In this document: piece after piece, positions 23,900-36,165 of the stretch
Numbering within the stretch: the stretch's first letter is position 1
Layout of the letters: each line of letters starts with the position of its first letter
Source: Octopus bimaculoides
Taxonomy: Eukaryota
Assembly: GCF_001194135.2 (NCBI RefSeq)
Contig: NC_068985.1
Span: 96,416,754-96,480,753 of the forward strand
Direction: 5' to 3'
DNA: 64,000 nucleotides
Program-made: the position numbers and the translations under genes
Notes under the pieces: model-generated
Seen by the model: the letters and a program-made list of their open reading frames with translations, nothing else
Told to the model about the DNA's origin: nothing
Database searches by the model: none

Positions 23900-24590
23900 A
23901 CATCTGAGTTGTGAGAGACATGGTAGGAAGCTTAAGCCCGCTGGAACAAGCATAGCCATCCTCTGGCCCACCCCCCACCCCTGATCCAGGACTTGGCTAC
24001 TGTAGTCAATGCATCGATGAAAGTGATGCATTGAAGCGAGACGATGTGATAAGGTCCCTGTTACTCACGCCCCCGAGAACCATCGGAGAAAATGGTAAAT
24101 CAACGTCATCTTGAGCTAATTGGTGATGACCCTCATCTATGCAGGAGGATCGTCTATGTTCCGATGGGACTCAGTTTCCTCTCACATGTCCCACGATCCG
24201 GGTGTGGTTGTTAGTAAAACTTCAGCGTCACGTGACCGCCAACATCGTTTTTGTCTCCTAGCTTTCCTGATTTGAATACCCTGGACTGTCGTCACATCTG
24301 GAGCATGGTCACCAAAACGGGGTTCAGTCAGCAGCCCCATGATGCCAAAAACTTATCGTTGAGGATGTGCTGGACCTGCTGGACAAACTCGGTCACCATG
24401 ATGTGCCTTTATCTCAGCCAAAGACGGCACGTCCCCACGAGATATCTCTAGCTTTCCCCTGACTATAATCACAAAAGACCTAACCACATTCAAGACGCTG
24501 ATGATCTCCAGGTCATTGCGGCTGGAAATTGGGTTCACAAATACCCTGCCTACTTCTGTATACATGTTCGAAACATCGGTGTTGAGAGTT
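23900..24590 (+). mobile_element. Decayed Tc1/mariner transposase pseudogene, DD37D (maT/Bmmar1)-like
   Basis: GGSSMFRWDSVSSH (cf. YVFQQDSAPxH) with D at 24168, and PSFPDLNTLDCRHIWS (cf. PxSPDLNPLDY..WS) with D at 24284: 116 nt apart versus 114 expected for D37D. Confidence 0.55.
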
Positions 24591-24775
24591 CATATACATC
24601 TGGTGTCGATTTTGCCTCATACTCTCAAGCTGCTTGGTATGTGGTTGTGTGCACGCGCGTGCGTATATATGCGTGCTATGAGTACTCATGGATACGTGCC
24701 TCGTGTGGGCCTGTGTGTGCGCGTATAATATATGTGGGTGTGTACGTGCATGTATATATATTGGTGTACGTCTGT

Positions 24776-24776
<1 letters not shown>

Positions 24777-24856
<80 letters not shown>
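24777..24856. repeat. (CA)40 microsatellite
   Basis: Directly visible. Confidence 0.97.
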
Positions 24857-24859
<3 letters not shown>

Positions 24860-26955
24860 GGTGGAGAGATTAACAATGTGGCACTGAAGATTCCCTCTGG
24901 TATATTCAATTGGAATTCATCTTGTATATATATTCAAAAGAAATCATCATAACCAGTGTGTGTATGCATGCTTGCGCACGTGTGTGTGTATACGTGCGTG
25001 CATATGTGTATATTTGTACGAGTGTATTCGTATGTGTGTGTGCGTTTGTGCGTGTGTTTAAGGCTGCACCGTGTGCCTCGCGAGATAAATTTGTGAAGCG
25101 AATCATACGTTAGTGAGAAGAGCTGTGAAGACTCATTAGAGAACTGGCATCCCATTAAAGCAGGAAAATATGGAGAAAACGTCACCCAGGCACGTCTGAG
25201 AGGAACGAGAAATGTCACAAAAATGTCTCCAGATGTCTGCATCAGGGCTAACTACAGATAGCAGCCAGATAAGACGGAGGGTGGGAGCAAGGGTGCTGCT
25301 GATGTTTGCATCTTATCAAACTACAACCAAACAACCTAACTTACATTCATAATATGTTCGACAAAGATAACCCTCTCTTACACACACACATACACAAACA
25401 CACTCACTACAACGCCACCGCCAGCATCAACAACACTATCCAGACCTTACGTCAAAATATGTATATATATATGCATGTATAACATTACTATACACACGCA
25501 TGTAATAGACGTATGTACACATAACGTAAGAAAAAGATGATCGAGAAATATTTAAATCTCTTATATTCTTAAGGTAGCTGCAAGAAATTTACGAGATTTC
25601 TGGCTGGCTATTAATTACTCGCCCCTCCATTTACACACACACACACACGCACACAATGCTGTAATCACACGGTATGTATATGTGCGTGAGACTATGGCGT
25701 ATATGAGTATGTAAATACATGTATACGCATATCTGCTAATACATGCCATTTTACACACACACACACATATACATTATATATATTATATATCATTAAAGTT
25801 TACACCGAGGACATTCCTTTCATCAGCTGGCGACGGGATATCACAACGATTTTGTTACCGTCTGACAGAATCATTCTCTCCAGCAGAGTCGGGAAGAGCA
25901 TAATGGTACCAGGGAATGTCAGGGTTCTTTAGTTCCACACTAGTAACACACGTTTTACTCCCCACCATCCTAGCAACAATCATCCCTAATCAAGGGCTAG
26001 TGTAACAACTCTATCCATTTTACAACTCACTAGTGATTCATTTTTACTCCCAGTTTTGGGGGGTTTTCTAGTACAAATATATATTTGCTACGATCGATGT
26101 AAATAAATTAAGACCACTGTCCTTCTGCTTTCTAGTTTTTCAAAAACACCTAACAAATATGAAAAGATACTGGAATCAAGATAATTTAGCTGACACTGGA
26201 TCAAACTTGTAATTTCGAAGAGCGTTTATACTGCTATATCTGTAGAAAGTAGTGCGACGAAGTATATGAGAGAGAAAAGAAGAAGAAGGAAGGCTATCTC
26301 GCAGTGGATTAAAACTTTTCAGTATTGAAATCTTCAATGATAAAAGAAGTTTAAAAACCACATTTTGATAATAATCCTATGTCATCTCATCTCTATTGGA
26401 AGCACCACCGTACACTGCCATTCTCATACCTCACACGATTCCTTAATCCATCGCAGCGTTACTCATTTTTGCCAGCTGAGTGGACTGGAGCAACGTGAAA
26501 TGAAGTGTTTTGCTCAAGAACACAACGCGTCGCCCGGTCCAGGAATCGAAACCACAATCTTACGATCATGATGCTGACACCCTAACCACTAAGCCACGCG
26601 CCTCCACTTACTTCAATTTACATAACATATATATTCATTCCTTTTCTTCTCCCTCTCTGTCCGTCTTTCTCTCTCTCTCTGCATTTTCTCCTCTTTCTCT
26701 CTTGTGCTTTTTACATTTTTATACTTTATATTTTTTTTTAGTACAACACTTTTCATTACTTCTCTCTTTGTTCGCTCTCTTTTCCTCTCGTTTTTCTTTG
26801 TCTTTTTCTTTGTTCCCTATTCCCCCATTCAACATACTTATAAAATGTACTGCCATCTGCCCATATATAAGAATTTGATCTGTCTCAACAAAATGTAATC
26901 AAGTTTTTCAAGGGAAAAACTGTAGTAGATCTACGTCCAATTGTCCTATGAACAC

Positions 26956-27002
26956 CCACTGCAGAGGATACAAATAGCCATAACGGCGAAACGTGCGTCT
27001 GG
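26956..27002 (+). ncRNA. Degenerate or variant hammerhead-like motif (probable Penelope-like remnant)
   Basis: CCA-CUGCAGA-(11-nt insert)-GCC(AUAAC)GGC-GAA-AC(GUGC)GU-C-UGG: all three stems can be drawn, with a GUC triplet, but the core is altered. Confidence 0.4.
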
Positions 27003-27883
27003 AAAGAAATTATATCAACTACATTTTATGCTTATCATACGTTATGTTAATAAATAACATACGTGTATGTGTGCGTATGTGTACAGACGTATTACAAAGG
27101 ATTACTGATATCTAATTGTACGTTCATCTGCATCCATATTTGCACGTGTGCACGGGTATGTGGTATAAATTAAATCAAGAGGCATATTATAACCGTCTGT
27201 TACAAACACTACATATATTAGTATAATATGACAGCCACTTAGCTTAGAACAGTAGTTGTTTCACTGATATGCTTTATTATTACAAGCGTCGGGAGTTTTA
27301 AATAAGAGAAGACCTGTGGACAAACTATATATAATATATTAAGTGATAGAGCAAATAGAAAACCGTCTGGAAAAAGAAAATGGAGTAGCGATCTGAATCG
27401 GCAAAAATTAAGGTTTCATATAAAATGGGGAGATTTTTCTTTCTGTGTGTCTCTCTCCTTCCTTCTCTCAAGTTTTCTCCTTCCTTCTCTCATTCTTTCT
27501 CTTTCGTTCTCTCTGCTCCTACTCTCTTTCTCGTGGTTCATTTTCCCTCCTACTGTCCTCCTACTCTCTGGTCGTAGCTGCAATGGCCCCCGTGTTGTAT
27601 ATTCATGGCCAGTCAATGAGAAAATGTGGTGCATGTCTGCCTTATATAACAGTTGGTGTCATAAGGTTTTTGTCACTTTCGTGTTTCCGTTGAAATCTTT
27701 GAATCAAATCAGTTGTCTGCAGTACGTTCTGAAGCCTCACAAGCATCGATGATACAGTAATTGACGTTGTTGTTGTTGCTTTGCTGTATGTCGATGTTGA
27801 ACAAACAACCCTAAACCAAAGATGTTCCAGTCAGAACGCCTCTGTGTTTTAAGAGTATCTACGAATTCACACACACACAACCT

Positions 27884-28415
27884 TAGGGACGGCCCGCGAA
27901 ATTTTTTTTCCGACGAGAGTTCTGGGCCCCAGTAATGAACTCATCTGCATACAGCCAATCAAAGCTCACCATGACCTTGTTGTCAAGTTAACAAACACAC
28001 TCTATCAAGTAAACTTAAGACGAAGAACGGTGTTGTAAGTTGACCGATCGCCAAGTTATGCCTGATTTTAGAAGGAGACAAGTAATTAGATAGATTTGCA
28101 TCTATACCTATTATCGGATTTTGTTAGGGCCCCATATGGTAAAGATGTGGATGGGTAGAGGGTGATGTGCTACAAACCCTCTTCCCTTACTGTTTTGCGA
28201 AGTAAATAAACACAAATAACTACACAGATGCAGCTATGGTTAGAACAAGAACAAGAAGCATGGTCATTCCTTACCCAAGTGTTCTTGTCTTATTGCTCAT
28301 CACTTGTTATGCGCTCATAAATTAGTTTGATAGTTGAGCTCTGATCGGCTGTATGCAAATGAGTTCACAACTGGGTCCGGAACTCTCGTGAGAAAACACT
28401 TCGCGGCCGGCCCTG
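27884..28415. mobile_element. MITE with ~85-bp imperfect TIRs (hAT-like tagggac / cagggcc ends)
   Basis: The left end 27884-27970 aligns to the reverse complement of 28330-28415 at roughly 80%; no clear TSD. Confidence 0.7.
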
Positions 28416-28547
28416 ACCCTAAGACTAAAGACATTCCAAAGTGTATCTAAGAATACATTATCCGATGTGTCCTTCCTTTTTCAAGATGGCAGGGTGTGAT
28501 TTGAGAAAAATTTGGTCGCTAGATACTTTTAGCAGCATATTCCTCAT

Positions 28548-28927
28548 CGTGGCGCTCCGTCGGTTACGACGACGAGGGTTCCAGTTGATCCGATCAACAG
28601 AACAGCCTGCTCGTGAAATTAACGTGCAAGTGGCTGAGCACTCCACAGACACGTGTACCCTTAACGTAGTTCACAATGAGATTCAGCGTGACACAGAGTG
28701 CGACAAAGCTGGCCCTTTGAAATACAGGTACAACAGAAATAGGAAGAAAGAGTGACAGAAAGTTGTGGTGAAAGAGTAGAGCAGGGTTCGCTACCATCCC
28801 CTGCCGGAGTCTAGGGAGCTTTAGGTGTTTTCGCTCAATAAACACTCACAACATCCGGTCTGGGAATCGAAACAGCGATCCTATGATCGCGAGTCCGCTG
28901 TTCTAACCACTGAGCCATTGCGCCTCC
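28548..28927 (-). mobile_element. SINE family B copy
   Basis: Colinear with 1051-1438 over its whole length. Confidence 0.85.
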
Positions 28928-29551
28928 ATAGCAACATATTGCTACTATTAGTTGCAATATAAGTTACTTTATGAGGCTCTTTTAGCTAATGTAATTATCC
29001 TTTCTATAATTAGATTGGGGTCACTCAGTACATTATATCTATTTTTTATTGGATGTGATACGAGTTTGTTCCTGTATTGTTCTCTAGCTTGTTCAACCAA
29101 ATTGTTCGTGTTGCTATTGTTGACTGTCATTTAATTCCTTTGATTGCTTTTCGTTATTGTTTCTTTATCTTTTACTTATTTCAGTCATTAGATTGTGGTG
29201 TTTTAGCCCCAGAAGGGGCTAAAAATAGAGGGAACAAACAAGGACAGACAAAGGGATTAAGTCGATTACATCGACCCCAGTGCGTAGCTGGTACTTAATT
29301 TATCGACCCCCGATAAATTTTTGAACGCGGGATAGCTGTGAGAAGAGCCTAGAAAGTTGGGTAATTACTATGAGAAGACGAGGAGAAAAGATGTTACCGA
29401 CAAGTACTCGAAACTTGCACCTTATTCACAATTTCCAAACACTCTGTACCACTAAGCCAATATATATACGAACAAGTTGCACGAGCGACTTCAACAGTGA
29501 CACATTCGCGCACACACATAGATACACATACACAAAAATGAAAGGCAATGA

Positions 29552-29552
<1 letters not shown>

Positions 29553-29610
<58 letters not shown>
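29553..29610. repeat. (TG)29 microsatellite
   Basis: Directly visible. Confidence 0.97.
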
Positions 29611-29615
<5 letters not shown>

Positions 29616-29876
29616 GTGTTTGCTGTTCACCGACAAAATTTCGTGCTGCATTACTTTTGCGAAGTTTTGTCAATGAACAGGTCGCGGTTTCAAAGCGAAG
29701 AAAATATTTTGACACAAATGAAATTTTAATGTTGAAGTGAAACTGGTACTACTTAAATATAGAGGTCTCTTATCGGTACTACTTAAATACAGTGGTACTA
29801 CTTCGATACAAGTGTTACGCACAAAGCATTTTAAATGTACGTGTGTAATGATACCTTAACTAACCCTAAAACTAAC

Positions 29877-30139
29877 TGTTATATGGACTGTTAGATATGA
29901 AATTCGTCTGACGTTCCGTGTGTCACTGTGGTTCGTCTGAGTTCATTGTTTCATTGTTGTTGTCTTGTGTGACTGTCGTAGTAAAATGTCATTGATAGAT
30001 ATGGCGGACATGATTCTTGTTTATTCATAACGAACATTGGGTGAGTGCGTTCTTTGTATGTAATTGAATAATAAATGTAATAATTAAATTGTACAACTCG
30101 TTGTGTTATCTCTGCGAGTCTTCCGAGGGAAATACAACA
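29877..30139 (+). mobile_element. Solo LTR, 263 bp
   Basis: TGTT...AACA termini, perfect 5-bp TSD ctaac (29872-29876 and 30140-30144), internal AATAAA. Confidence 0.8.
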
Positions 30140-31158
30140 CTAACCCTCCTCTTCATATTGTTACGTAGATGCATCGCAACCTCTGTATTTAAGTAGGGCC
30201 GTGAAATTAACGGTTTCTGTGTGTTCTTGACTGGCTTACAAACATCTAAGCTGCAATTGGTTTTGTTTCAGCACACGGTTTCAGATCAAGTCACTTGCTA
30301 TGCAAGTAAATCTCTGTAATTTTTTAAAATCACTGTGGATAAATGCCAGCACTGACCTTCTCAGGCTCCCCAATATTTTAATTTCTAAGCAGAAACAATC
30401 GGGGGCAGAGAGTAGGGTTGTTAAAAAAAAATTCATAATTTCTTAAATTTCCTTTTTTATAGCATATAAATCTATGAGGTAAAAATATTGAAAAATATCA
30501 ATACATGCGAGAGTGATAAGGAAACTAGGGGGAGGGGTTGTCTTTGGATATGCTAGAAACAACAGCCAAATCGCCCTTAAATCACTCACTTTTCTCTCTG
30601 ACTATATTATCAATTGAAAAAATATTTTTTTTTTTACCGAAAATGCATCTTTCCATGGTTTTGAAGTGCCAAAAAAAAAAAATTAGCCAAAATAGGTCCG
30701 GAGTGGGATGATGAGGGAGTGGGGTGTAAAGAAAGAAAGAGTTTACAAAACTTTTTTCATACAAAGATGCCCCCTCCCCCCCCGCAACCCCATCATTTCG
30801 AAGGCTGTAGTTGTTTAAAAAAAAATTGAAGTAAATCTCTGAAAAAATTTCCCCCACAAATTTCTTTATAATCGTAATCTATGCCGTTTGAAAGGGATTT
30901 GTATAAATTTTCATTAAAAGATACCCATCTTCCTGAAAGTTATGAGGGAAAATAGTCAGATCGTGTGAATTTTTCAAAACTCCTCTCTCCACCTTCTCGG
31001 AAAAAATTCTCTCTCATAAATCCCTATATACTCTGAAGCCACAACGATGAAAGCAGTACTTACTAAGCACGTGATCACTATTATACAAAGAAATAATTAG
31101 ACGTAAAATATAAAAATTATTAGTATTGGAAATCAAATGAGAAAATATTATCAAGGGG

Positions 31159-31197
31159 CTAGCAGAAAACCGCCCGGAAGGCGGTCTTTCTGCTAGT
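31159..31197 (+). mobile_element. Helitron-like 3' terminus
   Basis: GC-rich hairpin accgcc-cggaa-ggcggt followed by CTAG|T. The 5' end was not located; the AT-rich body probably extends back to about 30590. Confidence 0.5.
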
Positions 31198-31363
31198 AAT
31201 TATTAATACAGTTATCAATTGGCTCCGTTAAACATTTATTTTTGGCCTGCATTATTATAAGGAATTTGGGAATAAGTATCCTTTCCCCTGCAAGATCTAT
31301 TTTAAACTTCAATCCGGCCCTCAGAGCCAAAAGCGTTTGATACCTCCGCTTTAAACAGTTGTT

Positions 31364-31722
31364 AGTGGAGGCTCAATGGCCCAGTGGTTAGGGCAGCGGA
31401 CTCGCGGTTTCGATTCCCAGACCGGGCGTTGTGAGTGTTTATTGAGCGAAAACACCTAAAGCTCCACGAGGCTCCGGCAGGGGATGGTGGTGAACCCTGC
31501 TGTACTCTTTCACCACAACTTTCTCTCACTCTTACTTCCTGTTTCTGTTGTGCCTGTAATTCAAATGTCACACTGTGTCACGCTGAATCTCCCTGAAAAC
31601 TACGTTAAGGGTACACGTGTCTGTGGAGTGCTCAGCCACTTGCACGTTAATTTCACGAGCAGGCTGTTCTGTTGATCGGATCAACAGGAACCCTCGACGT
31701 CGTAAGCGACGGAGTGCCAACA
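31364..31722 (+). mobile_element. SINE family B copy
   Basis: Head gtggaggctcaatggcccagtgg through tail cggagtgccaacaacaa. Confidence 0.85.
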
Positions 31723-31927
31723 ACAAACAGTGGTTAAATTTGTTAGAAATATCAGCCAAATCTTCCTCAAAATCATACCCCGCCATCTTGAAATGCAAGT
31801 GTGACGAAGATTAGTGAAGGAAACTTTAGAGCAAATTAGTTTATTCCACTTACACTCAGTAATTATTAACACAGATCAGAATGAAAGTGAAATAAACTGC
31901 TTCGTTGTTAACAAGAGAAACAAAAGC

Positions 31928-32507
31928 GGATCTTTTTTAAAACGGGGGCCACATTTTTCATTAATGTTTTACGTAGTGTTTTTGGTACCGAAAGACTTCC
32001 AAACTTCGTATACTTATCTATTTTGTGTTATAGAACAGAAAAATATTTTTGTATTCGAATTTATTTCATGTAAAAAATTGTCTTATTTCGATAATTTCAA
32101 CCAATCACTGACAAGTATTCAGTTGTTTACATTTACTCCTTTGGCTGATTAAGCCATAGCTTCGTTTTATTTGCTTTTTTCATTTTCTTTTTTTTCCTTC
32201 GTTTTATTTGCTTATTTCTTTTTAAATTTGCTGTTTTACCCTAACCCTAACCCTATCACCGATAGAATTGTTTCAGAATCGTTTGTTTATGTAGTCGGCA
32301 CTTAATGTATATCGGCTGAATGGACGTCAGTGATTGGTTGAAATTACAGAAATACGACAACTTTAACATGGAATAACTTAGGGATTTCTTTTTTTTTTTT
32401 AAGAAGACTAAGAGAAAAAGATGTTTTATATGACACATTCTACCAGTGTTCCAAGTTTCAAAGTGTTTCGTTAATGAAAAACGTGGCCCCCGTTTTAAAA
32501 AAGATCC
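31928..32507. mobile_element. Foldback-type MITE with long (~190 bp) imperfect inverted arms and central (CCCTAA)n
   Basis: Outer 37 bp match at 36/37 (ggatcttttttaaaacgggggccac...); the inner block taatttcaaccaatcactgac is also inverted. Confidence 0.85.
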
Positions 32508-33622
32508 ACAAAGGCTTACGTTTATAGCAGACATTTCGTCGCCCTTTTGTAATTAACATAGCGGAGGTATAATTTGAGGGAGATTTGGCTATTGTTTCTC
32601 ACAAGTCGAACCGCTATATAGATCAGAGGTAAGTGTCAAACTCGTTTGCCTTGGCGGGACGCATTAAAAATTAAAATGGAATTTGCAGGCCGAATATGGG
32701 GCAGTGGTTCATGAAAGCCTTATTCATAATATGAGCCACAAATAAACGGATAAAGGAGTGAATATACAGTCCTTCGTTAGGTTATTCTGATCCTTCAGTT
32801 AACTATCTTAATATAATACAGTTCTACTTACAATGTCACAAGATAAATTATGAAATGGTCACGACTGGAACGCCTTTGGTCATAGGTTTACTCGGCTTGA
32901 GCAGAAGTGGGATTAAAAAAACCACAAACACAGCTCAATGGAGAGCGTCTAATGCCATCTACTGGCAAGAGAAAAGAAAGTTCATTCAAGAACAGTTAAC
33001 TCTGACATGATCGTCTGCAAAAAATATCTGAGCTTCAACTGATAAGTGACCATGAGAAAAAGACATATCGGCTGATGGCATCTTTCAGTTGTTTCTGTAT
33101 ACATCGTTTAAATTGAAGTGAAGCAAGAAGATCTTCATCACGAAATTGAAGAGAAAAAAAGAACGGTTGCGGAAATATGTGTATGTAATGAATAAATGTT
33201 GAGGTTTTTGTGAATATATGCTGGTATATAATAAGTGTGTGTGTGTGTTTGAGGAGATATGTATATACGTATACATCTACACATAGATGTGTGTATAGAT
33301 ATAGTACGTAAATATTTGCGCATATATATGTGTGTGTACGAGTATGTATAAGTACTTATACATATTTGTATGTGTATGATTGTGTGTGCATATACATGTG
33401 TGTGTATAAATCTATGTATATATATCATATATACACATAAATAAACTTACATGTTAAACACCATCCCTTTCTCCGGTTTTCCTAAAAAACAAAATTACCA
33501 TTGAATATATTAGAGTGCATACTAATTATCCATAAATACATGAAATAATGTGTAGAAATATATACGGTGCACACTCACATACACACAGACGCATGCATAT
33601 ATATACGCATACACACGAAGGG

Positions 33623-33653
<31 letters not shown>

Positions 33654-35225
33654 TAGTTGGGTTGGGGGATTATCTACAGTGATAGTGGCAAAGCTACGAG
33701 TGGTAGTCTTTTTCTCTCAGCAGTCGATAACAGAGACATTGTATCATCCTAAATACAATCAACCTTACAAGATGGGGATCAGTAAAAAGCACTCACTGAC
33801 AATGTAAAACGAGATCCTTCGCTTGCCAACCCACCGGTTTCGCTACTAAATGTAGGTTACACCTTCATGTAAGCTCCAATTAAAATAACCGACCGTCATT
33901 ATTCATATATCGAGGTTCAATTCTATATTTTGCTTCAGTACTTCAGAAATCAGATATTCTTTAATTATCCTTTTTCTTCTAGGCAGGGTTTCTTAATGCT
34001 ATCTTTCTGTTTTCATATAGATATATTCATTAATTCCGACCCCCAAGAACACAGGGGAGAGTATGTACGTGTGTGTGTGAGGTAACGAGCAGGAGAAAAA
34101 AGTACTTGATAACTGAGGTGGAATACAGATAATTTAATTCAGTCAGCTGAACCTTAGGGTTTCCATGCGCACAGGAATACCCGTTTCGTCAAACAGTCTG
34201 GGCTAGAATTATACCTCTAACCCTACCTCCTGAAAAACCCCAAGATGACGAATGGACCATAGACATCTAACTGGTTAGCACAGATCTTATGTTGGTGTGA
34301 TCAGCAAGCCAGTGACTTCTTATAAATCTCAAGGTTAAGAATCAAGAAGAAATATCATAGTTACTCGTGTATACGACGCACCTCTAATTTAGTGTCGAAT
34401 CTTTGTACTATTTGTTTTTCCTTTCATAGTTTTAACTCTTTGCTTGTGTATAAGTGACACTATTTGTTACGGACTCACCGTTAGCATTAAAAAGATAGAA
34501 GTGATGCTTTAGTTTAAATTTGGCGTTCTACTTCATGGTTCGATCCCAAACACAAGGAAAAACTCGGTTCGGAGAAAAATTCCGCAATCTGGAAGAATGG
34601 AGTTTCTTCTTGCAGAACAAACAATCCTCGTTAATGATGAGATCATTATGCAAATATGCAAAACGTGCATTGCTTTCTGAAGACTGCAACGTTGATCTGT
34701 TCGCGAGGGAAGATTTAATAAATTTGGCCTTCGTTCACAGCATTCCGGTCTCGTTGTTGGAAACTGAATGAAACCCGCCACGCGCGCTCGCCCGTGTGTT
34801 CGTCTTGACAGCGTGATAGTTGTAAATGAATGCTACCGTCATACAAGTGGTGTTGCTCATTTCTAATTTTCTGTGAAAACATTTCCAGTCATGGTAAAAC
34901 GTTACCATGCCAACATTATAATCCAAATTTGTCACTAATCTCTTTGAGTTGTTCCCCTTAATTTCTTTTTCTTTTAAAAGGAAATAGTTCCAAGATTTTT
35001 TCTACGTGGTAAATTATCAAGTGCAAAGAGGCGGGGACGGGGGTCAGTGATATGCTGATGGGGTCAAAACAGGTGTCCAAACCAGTCCCTCACCTTCTAA
35101 ACAAAGATGGATTTGTCCTTTTTTTTTTTACGTATGTTTATTCAACCGTGAAAACAGTCTTAATTCCTAGAAATTACCATCTCTTCTTATTCAGAGATAT
35201 TGACAATTTCCGCTTTTGTGGTAAT

Positions 35226-35525
35226 TATTAATAACACAAAGGCAACACACACACACACACACACACATACGCATGCACACAACGCACGTACACACACACA
35301 CATACATACGCAACGCATGCACACCCATACACACGCACGCAACGCACACACACATACGCGCGCGCACACATACATACGAAACGCCTGCACACACACACGC
35401 ACGCACACACATACACACACGCAACGCGCACATACACACACAGATATACACACGCACGAGTGAGCGCACGCACTCACACATACACACGCACACACTCTGT
35501 ACAAACGCCATACAAACACACGTAT
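35226..35525. repeat. Degenerate (CA/CG)n microsatellite
   Basis: Directly visible. Confidence 0.9.
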
Positions 35526-35774
35526 GCAAATACTTAATGTGTTCTCCCAAGGACCGATACGTGCAGAGCAGACATTAATATTTATTATTTCAATAAAGCA
35601 AATTTCATTCATTTTACTCACAGACATATCCGGTTTGTGCGTAGATGTATGTGTAAACCGGAAGTGATGTAATTGAAAGTTCCCACATTAACAAATTTCG
35701 TTACGTGTGTGCGTGTGTATGTGTGTGNNNNNNNNNNNNNNNNNNNNNNNNNNNNNNNNNNNNNNNNNNNNNNN

Positions 35775-36165
35775 CAGAAGCGTTAATACGCCGGGCGAAA
35801 TGCTTAGCGGTATTTCCTGTCTTTACGTTCTGAGTTCAAATTCCGCCGAGATCGACTTTGTCTTTCTTCCTTTCCTGGTCGATAAATTAAGTACCAGTTT
35901 CGTACTTGGGTCGATCTAATCGACTGGCCCCTTCCCCCAAAATTTCGGGCCCCGTCCCTAGAGTAAAAAGGAATCGTTAGCACACCGGACGAAATGCTTA
36001 GTGGTATTTCGCCTGCCGCTACGTTCTGAGTTCGAATTCCGCGGAGGTCGACTTTGCCTTCCATCCTTTCCGTGTCGATAAATTAAGTACCAGTAAAACA
36101 CTGGGGTCGATGAAATTGACTTACCCCCTCCCCACAAATTTCAGGCTTTTTGCCTATACTTGAAA
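35775..36165 (+). mobile_element. Head-to-tail dimer of SINE family C
   Basis: Two consecutive copies (about 35775-35965 and 35971-36165). Confidence 0.85.

Noticed and set aside
34455-34935. Possible LTR or MITE (tgttacgg start; agtgaca-like inverted ends)
   Set aside because: No convincing TSD or terminal match; left unassigned.
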